Of a DNA stretch of 64,000 bases, positions 28,671-37,721 are shown one piece after another. Position 1 is the first letter of the stretch; each line of letters opens with the position of its first letter. A program made the position numbers and the translations under genes. This DNA is from Tepidisphaera sp. (GTDB taxonomy: Bacteria; Planctomycetota; Phycisphaerae; Phycisphaerales; UBA1924): positions 1,152,001 through 1,216,000 of the forward strand of contig CP051526.1 in the NCBI GenBank assembly GCA_050916045.1. The letters are read 5' to 3'. Below the pieces are notes generated by a model. It had not been told where the DNA came from. It did no database searches and saw only the letters and a list, made by a program, of their open reading frames with translations.

Positions 28671-29021
28671 ATGCCTACCTACGAGTACCGCTGCAAAGCC
28701 TGCAAGCACGAGTTCGAAGAGTTCCAGTCGATGACCGCCAAGGTCCTCAAGAAATGCCCCGAGTGCGGCAAGCCCGCGCTCGAACGACTGATCGGCACCG
28801 GCGCCGCTCTCGTCTTCAAGGGCTCCGGCTTCTACCAGACCGACTACCGCTCCGAGGGATACAAGAAAGCCGCCGCATCCGACAAACCGGCCGAATCCGC
28901 CAAGCCTGCGGAATCCAAAGCGGAATCCAAAGCCGAGTCCAAGCCGGAACCCAAAGCCGAAAAGCAAGTCGAAGCCAAACCCGACAAGAAAGCCAAACCC
29001 AAGAAGGAAGCAAAGCCCTGA
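28671..29021 (+). CDS. FmdB-family zinc ribbon protein
   Basis: MPTYEYRCKAC...CPECG...FKGSGFYQTDY plus a low-complexity tail. Confidence 0.92.
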   Translation: MPTYEYRCKACKHEFEEFQSMTAKVLKKCPECGKPALERLIGTGAALVFKGSGFYQTDYRSEGYKKAAASDKPAESAKPAESKAESKAESKPEPKAEKQVEAKPDKKAKPKKEAKP

Positions 29022-29088
29022 GCTTCGCCCCTCGTGAGCGATCCGCGTCCACGCCGGTTGCGCTCACGCCCTCGTCGAGTTCCCACCC

Positions 29089-29463
29089 ATGATCGCCAAC
29101 GGCATCGACATCGTGCAGGTCGCTCGCATCGCCGAGATGATCCGCGATCACGGCGATGCGTTCTGGGCTCGCGTCTTCACCGCCGGCGAACGGTCTTACT
29201 GCGAATCAAGCCCGAAACGGTGCGCCGAGCACGCCGCCGCCCGGTTTGCGGCCAAGGAAGCCGCGATGAAGTGCCTCGGCACCGGCTGGCGCGACGGCAT
29301 CGCATGGACCGACTTCGAGGTCGTCCGCGATCCCGCCGGTCGCCCTTCTCTCGTCGTTTCCGGCGAAGCGGCCCGCGTCGCGGCTCAACTTGGCGTCTCG
29401 CGCTGGCATGTTTCGCTCAGCCACACCAGCGAGAACGCCGTCGCCAGCGTCATCGCGGACTAG
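29089..29463 (+). CDS. acpS: Holo-ACP synthase
   Basis: GIDIV, RFAAKEAAMK.LGTG, SLSH. Confidence 0.95.
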   Translation: MIANGIDIVQVARIAEMIRDHGDAFWARVFTAGERSYCESSPKRCAEHAAARFAAKEAAMKCLGTGWRDGIAWTDFEVVRDPAGRPSLVVSGEAARVAAQLGVSRWHVSLSHTSENAVASVIAD

Positions 29464-29474
29464 GATGCTCCCTG

Positions 29475-30272
29475 ATGTTCGAACGCATCCGAGCCCGAAG
29501 CCTCAAGTCGAGTGTGACCCAGACGGTCATTTACTCGACCTGCCGGTTCATCGCTCGAGTGGTGCTCAAGACCTTCTTTGGCGCGAAGGTCGTCGGGGTC
29601 GAGAACGTTCCCGCCGACGGCCCGCTCCTCATCGTGTCCAATCACCAGTCGTACCTCGACCCGCCCATCATCGGTGCTTTCATCGGACAGCGGCAGGTCG
29701 CTTTCGTCGCCCGGCAGGGTCTCTTTAAGTCCAAGCTCTTTGCCTGGCTGATTTCCGCCCTCAACGCGATCCCCATCCGCGAGGACGGCCAAAGCGACAC
29801 GACCGCGATCAAGACATCGCTCTCGATCCTCGCCCGCGGCCACGCGCTCGTCATCTTCCCCGAGGGGCAGCGCACGAACGACGGCGCCCTCCGCCCGTTC
29901 AAGCGCGGCACGGCTCTGCTTCTCAAGCGGGCCAAGTGCGATGTCCTCCCCGTCGCCGTCGAGGGAATCTTCGACGCGTGGAAGCCCGGCGCCAAGCCAA
30001 GCCCCTTCAGTTGCCCGATCATGGCCAAATACGGTCGGCCCATCCCCTACGACGAGTTGGTCAAGGACGGTGCCGAGGCCGGGATGATCCGCCTCGCCCG
30101 CGAGATCGACACCATGCGCCGCGAACTCCGGGCCGCCATCCGAGAACGCACCAACGGCCGGTACCCCGCCAGCGGCCCCGGCGACAACGCCCTGGACCTG
30201 CCGGACTCCCCGAAGGACGCTTTGCCCATCGCCCGACCCGCGCCGGCCGCGTCCGATACGCTCACGGCATGA
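29475..30272 (+). CDS. 1-acyl-sn-glycerol-3-phosphate acyltransferase (PlsC family)
   Basis: NHQSYLDP, IFPEGQR. Confidence 0.92.
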   Translation: MFERIRARSLKSSVTQTVIYSTCRFIARVVLKTFFGAKVVGVENVPADGPLLIVSNHQSYLDPPIIGAFIGQRQVAFVARQGLFKSKLFAWLISALNAIPIREDGQSDTTAIKTSLSILARGHALVIFPEGQRTNDGALRPFKRGTALLLKRAKCDVLPVAVEGIFDAWKPGAKPSPFSCPIMAKYGRPIPYDELVKDGAEAGMIRLAREIDTMRRELRAAIRERTNGRYPASGPGDNALDLPDSPKDALPIARPAPAASDTLTA

Positions 30273-30829
30273 GCAACGGCCAGCTTCGGACGATGACCGA
30301 GATCGCGCGCACGACCCTGCACAAGGGCAAGAAGTACGACTTTGAGCGCATCACCCTCCGCACCGCCAGGGGGACCGAAATCCACCGCGAGTGCGTTCGC
30401 CACCCCGGTGCGGTCGTGATTCTGCCCATTCTGGTGAAATTAGACGGCACGCGGAGCGTTGTCTTCGTGCGCAACGAGCGGTTCTCGATCGGCCGGGACC
30501 TGCTCGAACTCCCCGCCGGGACGCGCGAGCCGGGCGAGGATCCCGCCCTCACCGCCGGCCGGGAACTGATCGAGGAGACCGGGTACCAAGCCGCAACCCT
30601 GACGCCCCTGACGCGGTTTTATACGACGCCGGGCATGACCGATGAACTCATGTGGGCGTACGTCGCTTCCGGCCTCAGCTTTGTCGGGCAGGCGCTCGAG
30701 GAGGATGAGGTTTTGGTCGCGGAAGAGCTCCCCGTCGAAGAAGCGGTCCGACGGGCCCATGCCGGCGGGTTCGAGGACGGAAAGACGATCCTCACGCTCC
30801 TCCTGGCGAGGGCCCGTGGGCTGATCTGA
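30269..30829 (+). CDS. NUDIX hydrolase (ADP-ribose pyrophosphatase-like)
   Basis: ELPAGTREPGE...RELIEETG Nudix box; HPGAV; DGKT. Confidence 0.92.
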   Translation: MSNGQLRTMTEIARTTLHKGKKYDFERITLRTARGTEIHRECVRHPGAVVILPILVKLDGTRSVVFVRNERFSIGRDLLELPAGTREPGEDPALTAGRELIEETGYQAATLTPLTRFYTTPGMTDELMWAYVASGLSFVGQALEEDEVLVAEELPVEEAVRRAHAGGFEDGKTILTLLLARARGLI

Positions 30830-30933
30830 GCACCGTGGGGTGCGGGCGTGGAATCGGACGGGGGGGCAGGGGCGAATTGCTCTTGTGTTGAGGTCCGGGT
30901 TGTGGGAAACTCTGGACAGTCGGAGCCGAACGA

Positions 30934-32049
30934 GTGCCGAGCGAGCGAAGCGGAAAGTCAGGAGTCGGGCACGGCCCCGAGCGCGGGCCCGGGCGTGATG
31001 TGCGCCGGCCGGCTTCCCCCGCGCCCCGGAGTTCCGAAGGCCGCCCGAGTTTCGGTCAGCTTTTCGCCCGCTGGGACGACCCGCTGACCTGGTCGGTCGG
31101 GCTGGTCTCGTTCAGCGGGTACCGCGTGGGTGTGCACTGGGTCACGGTCTTCTGGATCGCGCTGCAGGTGATGCTGGCGATCCCGGCGGATCGGATCGGG
31201 CCGCAGAACATCGCGCTGGCCGTCGGTTTCGTGATGCTGACGGTGATGCTCCGCGAGACGCTGCGGCTTTGGCTGGCCCGTCGCGTGGGTGGAGAAGCCG
31301 AGTACGTGGTGATCTGGCCTCTGGGCGCGATGGTGAGCCCGACGCCGCCGCGTGCGCTTGCACCCAAGCTTCTGGTCTCGCTCGCACCATCGCTGGTCAG
31401 TCTGGTGGTGGGGACGGGCCTTCTGATCACGCTTTGGGCGATGGGTGCGACGCCTCGGCAGATGTGGTTCAATCCGTTTGATTTCCGCGCAGTGGTGCGA
31501 TCGATCGAGTCGTTCCCGCTCGCGGTGGTCTGGTGGGCGTACTTCTCGACCCTGGTCGTCGCGGGGCTCAACCTTCTGCCGATGCTGCCGCTGGACGGCG
31601 GCCGGCTTTTCGAGGTGTGGGCGTGGCACAGCCGTCGTCGCGAGCGGGCCCGGACGATCGTCGGGCTGATGTCGATCATCGTCGCCGGTCTGCTCGCGAT
31701 CGTGGGGATCTCGTCGGAACAGCCGCTGCTCATCGCGCTGTCGGTCTTTGGCGGTCTTGCCGGCTGGCTTGAGCTTCGTCGCTCTGAGTTCGTGGAGCGT
31801 CCCGCGTATGTGTCCCCGGGCCTGCCTCCGGACTGGATCGCGGGAGCCGAGCCCTCGCCGACGCCGGCTTTGGATCTCGAATCAGCCGACGAGGTCGAAC
31901 CGGTGGAGGAGTCGCCCGAGCCTGAGAAGAAGCCGGAACTCGGGATCGACGAGGTGCTCTCGAAGATCTCCGCGAGCGGCATGGGGTCGCTGACCGATGA
32001 AGAGCGGGACATTCTGGCCCGCGAGACCAGACGCCTCCGGAGCGAGTGA
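30934..32049 (+). CDS. Site-2 protease (M50) homologue with degenerate HExxH and a C-terminal helical (DUF6576-like) domain
   Basis: Retains WPLG and NLLPMLPLDGG, but the HExxH position reads LRETLR. Confidence 0.75.
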   Translation: MPSERSGKSGVGHGPERGPGRDVRRPASPAPRSSEGRPSFGQLFARWDDPLTWSVGLVSFSGYRVGVHWVTVFWIALQVMLAIPADRIGPQNIALAVGFVMLTVMLRETLRLWLARRVGGEAEYVVIWPLGAMVSPTPPRALAPKLLVSLAPSLVSLVVGTGLLITLWAMGATPRQMWFNPFDFRAVVRSIESFPLAVVWWAYFSTLVVAGLNLLPMLPLDGGRLFEVWAWHSRRRERARTIVGLMSIIVAGLLAIVGISSEQPLLIALSVFGGLAGWLELRRSEFVERPAYVSPGLPPDWIAGAEPSPTPALDLESADEVEPVEESPEPEKKPELGIDEVLSKISASGMGSLTDEERDILARETRRLRSE

Positions 32050-32113
32050 GTCCGATATCCGAGGCCTCGGGACCGGCGCGGGTACGATGGTCCTTGACCC
32101 GGAACCTCCCCGC

Positions 32114-33250
32114 ATGGGCTTGAGTGATCGACATTACGCGAAGTCCGAACGCTCGATGTTCGCCCATCCGCCGGCCCACGAGCCGCCGCAGCTTGGCGGG
32201 CGGCCGACGATGTGGTCCGTCAACACGTGGCTGATCGCCGTCAATGTGGCGATCTTCGCGTTCATGGTGTTCTTCGGGCGGGCGCTCCCGACCCCGATCG
32301 TGGTCCAGGCTCTGGATTTCGATCAGGGGCGGTACGAGGTGATTCCGGCTCTGCTGCGAGCGAACGGGGACCCTGTCAAGCCCGGTGAGCGGCTTGTGGT
32401 GGGGGAGCCGTACTTCCGCACGCTCCGCGAGAAGGGCACGAACCTCATCGTGGTGAATGCTTCGACGGGCGGCCCGATCGCGATCGAGACGCTGATCGCG
32501 GCGGACCCGGTGACGGCGTACGGGCACTTCTCGACGACGATGGGGTTTGAGCGGCTTCAGGTCTGGCGTCTGGTGACCTTCCAATTTGTGCACGGCGGCG
32601 TGGGTCACCTGTTCTTCAACATGTTCGGGCTGTTCACGTTCGGTCGCGCGGTCGAGGAGCGTCTTGGCGGGCGGAAGTACCTCGCGTACTACCTGGTCTG
32701 CGGGATTTTCGGCGGGCTTGCGTACCTGGCGCTGAACATCGGCGGCATCATCGCAATGAAGTTGGGCGCGATGTCGGTGCCGGGTCTGCTCTTCCACGAC
32801 TCGCACACCACGCTGGTCGGGGCTTCGGCGGGAGTTTTCGGTGTGATCGTGGCGTGCGCCCGGCTGTTCCCGAAGGACGAGGTGACGGTGCTCTTCATCC
32901 CGTCTCCGATCCGCCTGCGGGTGCTCGCGTACGCGTACGTCGCGATCGCCGCGGTGAACCTCTTCATCGGCGGGAACAACGCCGGGGGCGACGCGGCGCA
33001 CCTGGGCGGGGCGCTCGCGGGGTTCTACTTCATCGTCCGGCCGCACCTGCTCACCGATTTCTTCGATGTCTTTACGGATTCGCGGAAGGGCTCGTCTCCG
33101 CCTCCTCCGCCTCCCCCGGCTGAGCAGGTTCGCGGGAAGGTCGACCAGATCCTGGCCAAGGTCGAGCGCGAGGGCTTGCAATCGCTCACGGCGTCCGAGC
33201 GAGAGGAACTGCAAGCGGAGTCCAAGCGGCTGAAGGACCGCGACCGCTGA
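32114..33250 (+). CDS. Rhomboid intramembrane serine protease with DUF6576-like C-terminus
   Basis: WRLVTFQFVH, HLFFNM, GASAG, AHLGG. Confidence 0.92.
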   Translation: MGLSDRHYAKSERSMFAHPPAHEPPQLGGRPTMWSVNTWLIAVNVAIFAFMVFFGRALPTPIVVQALDFDQGRYEVIPALLRANGDPVKPGERLVVGEPYFRTLREKGTNLIVVNASTGGPIAIETLIAADPVTAYGHFSTTMGFERLQVWRLVTFQFVHGGVGHLFFNMFGLFTFGRAVEERLGGRKYLAYYLVCGIFGGLAYLALNIGGIIAMKLGAMSVPGLLFHDSHTTLVGASAGVFGVIVACARLFPKDEVTVLFIPSPIRLRVLAYAYVAIAAVNLFIGGNNAGGDAAHLGGALAGFYFIVRPHLLTDFFDVFTDSRKGSSPPPPPPPAEQVRGKVDQILAKVEREGLQSLTASEREELQAESKRLKDRDR

Positions 33251-33268
33251 CCGCGACGGGTCGGTCGT

Positions 33269-36200
33269 TCAGCGTGGCGTGGTGACGGGCGAGGGCTTGA
33301 TGATCTCGACGCGGTCCTGCGTGAGATCCCAGAGGAGCTTGGCCGCTTTCATCGGTGTCGCGGTGCCCGTGTCGAAGAGGGTGACCTCCTCGCCGTCCCT
33401 GGCGTCGATCGTCAGAAGCCCGGCGAGCGCGTCGTAGGTCGCGTGGTGGGCCGTGAGCTCGCGCTCGGACCCCTTGGACCGGAACCGGCCGAAGACGTTG
33501 CCGCTGGCTTCGGCCGAGCGGAGCTGGGCGCGTCGGCCGTCCGCAGGCTCCGTCGTCTGACCGCCCGGCCCGGTGAGCCCGGTGAGCGTGGCGCTCGCGG
33601 CGTCGGACTGGATGAAGACGACGCTGTCGTCGCGGGTGTTGTCGCTGGTGATCTTCACGCCCCGGCCCTCGCCCTTGAGATCAAACACGCCGGTCTCACG
33701 CGCGAAGGTCATCGCGTCGGTCCACTCAAAGAGCGCCGTGCCTCGGAACGACGAGGTTGAGGGGTTCGCTTGCGGGTTGGTCTGCGAAGCGGCGGCGGTG
33801 CGGTCAAGAACGAGCGAGCGGCCCTTGCCCGGGACGTTCACGGTCCCCTTGGTCGCGTCGGCGATGATGGTCGTGCCCTCGAGGTAGTTGAGCCTGTCCA
33901 CGCGGGCCGTCGTCGTGCCCGGGGTGGTGCCCGGGGTCGTGCCAGGGGTGGTGTCGATGGTGACCGGCGATTCGTAGTGGCGGGATTCGACCGTCGCGGG
34001 CTTCTGCTCCGAGCCTTCGACGGTGATGCTCGCGACGACGCGTTCACCGATCGAGTTCGAACCCTGCGCGTCGGGGGGCGATTGGTCGCCGGGCGTCGCA
34101 AACGGCGAGGGCCTGCGCTCGGTCTTGACCACGACGCGCTCGGCGGCGAGGGTGTCGAGGGTGTAGTCGTCGGTGAGCGAAGTCGCTCGGGCCCCGCCCC
34201 GGGCTTCGAGCACGCCCGTCACGTCGCTGAAGGTCATGCTCCCGCCCCAGGAGGCACGGGCGGCTTTGGGAGTCGTCGGACGAGGAACGGATCCTCCCGC
34301 CGGCGGGCTGACGTCGATCTCGGTTGCGACCATTTCGAACCGGCCCGCGCCGTCGACGACAAGCGTTTTGGCGAGACCGTCGAGCTTGATCGGCTGGCCG
34401 AAGACCGAAGCTCCGCCCTGCGTCAGCGAAGCTTCATCGCCGATGAGGTCCACGCGCTGCGTGGGAACGTTGGCTCGCAGTTCATCGGCCACGGCGATGA
34501 TTTGGTCGCTTCCCTGGCCTTCGCTGAAATTGACGGTCCCCTTGGCGACCACGTCGGTTGCGGAAAGCGAGCCCTTCTCGGTTCGATCAATCGCGGCTTC
34601 GAGGAGGTCGGTCGTCAGCAGCCGCAGGGGGTCGCGAGCTTCGACGACGCCCTTGGCGGTGAGGAAGCTCGGCTCGGTCTTGCCGGATTCAAGCGTGCGG
34701 AAGGTCAGGTCCATGGACTTCCCGGTGAGGACCCGCTGGGCGCTCTCGCGGGCGAACGCGCCGCCGGCGAGCGTCGCCCGCGTGGGCTGCGAGGAAGGCG
34801 CGAAGTCGACCGTGAGCGTCTCGCCGCCGATGATGCCCTTGCCGTCGGTGCCGGCGACCTGTCCGGCGAGCTGCGTCCACGCGATCTCCCAAGCGGAGCG
34901 TTTGCCCGTCGCGGCGAGGCGGAAGTCCGCTTGCTCGGTCCAGGCGACGGAGCGTCTGACCGGCTCGCCGCTCGCGGGCTTCTGCGTGTCGGCGAGCTCG
35001 CCCGGCCCGCGCATCTGGCCGACCTTGGTCGGCAGGTTGAGGGTGAGCCATTGCGAAGCCAGCGTGCCTTCGGAAGCGGTCCGGAGGTTCACCGATCCGG
35101 GCGCGGTGCCGATGAGCGTGAGGTCACCCTTGGTCGCGGCGTACTCGACCACGGGGAAGGTGCCCGTCGCTTTCGCGTCGGCGTCGGCGAATCGCACCGG
35201 CTCGGAAGCGCCTTCGAATCTCACGGCGAGGTCGTTGGCCGCAAGCTCGGGGGGCGCGTCGGTTGCGAGCTTGATCTCTACCGTCCCGGAGGTCGTGAGC
35301 GCGAACGGCTCATCGCCGCTGGTTGAGGTCGAGACCGGGGCGTCGGCCGAGGGCGCGGTCGGCGCTGGCGCGGCGGAGGTTTCGATCTTCGCGAGCGCCG
35401 TCTGGCGCAGAGCGTTGTCGACCAGGCGGATGAACGCGAAGCCGCGGTCCGCTTTCAGCGTGCGCAGTGCTTTCGCATCGCCCGTGACCACGTCGACGGG
35501 CGCGGGCATCACGACGCGGTAGATCGCTTCCACGCCGGTGCCGCCGGATTCGCCGGAAGGTTGTCCGGCGGGGGCGGGCGATTGCTCGGCGGGCTTGGCT
35601 TTGGAAGCCGTCCGGACAGCGGAAAAGTCCTTCGTGATTCGGGCGGAGCGGAGGGCCGCCGCGGCTTCATCGAGCACCAGCGTGGCGTCGGTCCCGCGCA
35701 CTTCCAAGCCGTCGAGGGTGATGACGAACGCCTGGGGGATCACGATCCGGCCGAAGGTGAGGTCAAAGTCGAAGAGATCGCCGAAATCAGCCGAGGCGAT
35801 GGGCTTGAGCGAGTCCCACTCCGTCGTGCGCGGCGACACGCCGGGCGCGTAGACATCAAGCCGGACCTTGCCGCGGAAGGTGCCGCGTTCGGGCGATTGA
35901 TCGGCGGAGAAGCTGCTGAACGACCCGTTCTGGGCGCGGATGCGGAGGGTGCGGCCATCCTTGAGGAAGACGATCGCGCCGGGCTCGACGACGTCGGCGC
36001 TGCGACCTTCCCGGGGCGTGACGGATTTGGCGGTGAGGATCGAAGCAATCCGCGTCGGGTCCTTCTTGTCGGCGAGCTCGATGCGGACACCCTGGGCGGT
36101 CTGGTCGCCGGTCGCCGGGCCGGAGGTTGCGAGCTTGGTGAGTTCTTCGGGGAGGGGGGGGCGGCTTGGACCGCGCGGGGTGCCTTCGGGCCGCGGCTTC

Positions 36201-36319
36201 ATGAGCGCGACGTAGCCGACGAGCCCGACGGCGGCGAGGCCGACGCCGACGGCGACAAGCATCCCGACGGTGCGGGTAGAACCGGGGCGGAGGAACGGAC
36301 GGGAGCGGGGTCGGGGCAT
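33269..36319 (-). CDS. Large membrane-anchored beta-rich protein, possibly multi-domain LptC/LptA (OstA)-like
   Basis: Single N-terminal TM and repeated short strands (A.G.V, A..L.YD) reminiscent of Lpt jellyrolls; lies downstream of lptD. Confidence 0.55.
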   Translation of the reverse strand: MPRPRSRPFLRPGSTRTVGMLVAVGVGLAAVGLVGYVALMKPRPEGTPRGPSRPPLPEELTKLATSGPATGDQTAQGVRIELADKKDPTRIASILTAKSVTPREGRSADVVEPGAIVFLKDGRTLRIRAQNGSFSSFSADQSPERGTFRGKVRLDVYAPGVSPRTTEWDSLKPIASADFGDLFDFDLTFGRIVIPQAFVITLDGLEVRGTDATLVLDEAAAALRSARITKDFSAVRTASKAKPAEQSPAPAGQPSGESGGTGVEAIYRVVMPAPVDVVTGDAKALRTLKADRGFAFIRLVDNALRQTALAKIETSAAPAPTAPSADAPVSTSTSGDEPFALTTSGTVEIKLATDAPPELAANDLAVRFEGASEPVRFADADAKATGTFPVVEYAATKGDLTLIGTAPGSVNLRTASEGTLASQWLTLNLPTKVGQMRGPGELADTQKPASGEPVRRSVAWTEQADFRLAATGKRSAWEIAWTQLAGQVAGTDGKGIIGGETLTVDFAPSSQPTRATLAGGAFARESAQRVLTGKSMDLTFRTLESGKTEPSFLTAKGVVEARDPLRLLTTDLLEAAIDRTEKGSLSATDVVAKGTVNFSEGQGSDQIIAVADELRANVPTQRVDLIGDEASLTQGGASVFGQPIKLDGLAKTLVVDGAGRFEMVATEIDVSPPAGGSVPRPTTPKAARASWGGSMTFSDVTGVLEARGGARATSLTDDYTLDTLAAERVVVKTERRPSPFATPGDQSPPDAQGSNSIGERVVASITVEGSEQKPATVESRHYESPVTIDTTPGTTPGTTPGTTTARVDRLNYLEGTTIIADATKGTVNVPGKGRSLVLDRTAAASQTNPQANPSTSSFRGTALFEWTDAMTFARETGVFDLKGEGRGVKITSDNTRDDSVVFIQSDAASATLTGLTGPGGQTTEPADGRRAQLRSAEASGNVFGRFRSKGSERELTAHHATYDALAGLLTIDARDGEEVTLFDTGTATPMKAAKLLWDLTQDRVEIIKPSPVTTPR

Positions 36320-36329
36320 CGTGGCGATT

Positions 36330-37721
36330 CTAGTTCGTTCCCGAGTCGGGCCCCGAAGCGGCGGGATCGCTGGGTTTGGCGTCCGCCGAGCGAGGGTCGT
36401 CGGGGCGGGCGTTCGCGAGGCGGGTGTCGCGTTCGAGGTGCTTGACGCCCAGGAGCCAGAAGACGCCGCCGACGAGGATCGCCACGCCGACGACGAGGAA
36501 CGCGAGGGTCATGTTGCCGCTCGGGTGCTCGGTGGACTTGGTGTTGTCGGTGATGAACCCGATGATGGGCGGGCTGATGACGTCGCCCAGGATGTGGATG
36601 ACGAAGATGCAGATCGCGTAGGCCGAGGCGCGAACCGAGGGGTGGACGACGTTGGCGATGATCGTGTTGCTCGGGCCGGTGTTGAAGAACAGGCAGAAGA
36701 CCGCGAGGAAGACGAAGACCCACGCGAGCGGGAAGGGTGCGTAAAGCACGCCGAGGAAGAGCGGGAACCCGACGAGCATGCTCAGGCCGGAGACGAGGAA
36801 GTATGACCCCGGGAAACGCTTGCGGAGGCGGTCGGCGAGATATCCGCCCGAAAGCGTCGCGAGAAGGCCCGAAACGACGACGACGCCGCCGAAGATCTTC
36901 GCGGTGGTTTCCTTGTCCTGCCCGCGGTAGGTCGCGATGTAGTCTACGGCCCACGCCGAGATCCCGCCGATCGCGAAGGTCATCGCGGTCATCCCACCCA
37001 CGTTGTAGAAGTAGGACTTGATCTTGAAGAGGCGGAGATAGTCGCGCCAGGTGTGCTTGTTTGCGGGAGTTTCGCCCGGGCTGCCTTCGGAGATCCCGCG
37101 CGGGACCTCGGGCCGGAAGAAGCACCAGATCCCGAGGAGAATGCCCGGGGGGACGGTCACGAAGAACGCCCAGTGCCAGGTGAACCAGTTCGCCATCGCG
37201 CCGCCGATGACAAACCCCAGGGCGCTCCCGACCGGGATCGCCGCGTAGAACCACGCCATCACCCCGCCGCGCCGCGAGACCGGGAAGTAGTCGGCGATGA
37301 TCGTCGGAGCGATGGGGGCGTAGGCCGACTCGCCCACGCCCACGCAGATCCGCATGAGCAGCAAGAACCAGTACGCCGTCGCAAGCCCGGAGGCGCCCGA
37401 AGCGACGCTCCACGCGAGCACCCCGATCCCGATCACGACCCAGCGGTGCATGCGGTCGGCGAGCACGCCGAAGACCGGCGACATGAACATGTACGCGATG
37501 AGAAAAGCGGAAAAGAGCCAGCCGATCTTGGTCTTCGCCGCGGGGTCGACCGTGCCGTCGGGCGCGGTGAAAAGTTCCTTGGTGATGTCCGGCACCACCG
37601 CCGCAAGAATGTACCGGTCGATGTAGTTGAAGAGGTTGATCAGGAGCAGCAGGATGAGCGCGTGACGCGCCCCGGCGAGCGGCTTGTCCGGGCCCGCGCT
37701 GCCGAGGACGGGCCCGGTCAC
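36330..37721 (-). CDS. MFS transporter (spinster-like)
   Basis: INLFNYIDRY, GVLADR, GVGESAY, AIPVGSALG, HILGD.ISP; GTG overlaps the lptD stop. Confidence 0.88.
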   Translation of the reverse strand: MTGPVLGSAGPDKPLAGARHALILLLLINLFNYIDRYILAAVVPDITKELFTAPDGTVDPAAKTKIGWLFSAFLIAYMFMSPVFGVLADRMHRWVVIGIGVLAWSVASGASGLATAYWFLLLMRICVGVGESAYAPIAPTIIADYFPVSRRGGVMAWFYAAIPVGSALGFVIGGAMANWFTWHWAFFVTVPPGILLGIWCFFRPEVPRGISEGSPGETPANKHTWRDYLRLFKIKSYFYNVGGMTAMTFAIGGISAWAVDYIATYRGQDKETTAKIFGGVVVVSGLLATLSGGYLADRLRKRFPGSYFLVSGLSMLVGFPLFLGVLYAPFPLAWVFVFLAVFCLFFNTGPSNTIIANVVHPSVRASAYAICIFVIHILGDVISPPIIGFITDNTKSTEHPSGNMTLAFLVVGVAILVGGVFWLLGVKHLERDTRLANARPDDPRSADAKPSDPAASGPDSGTN

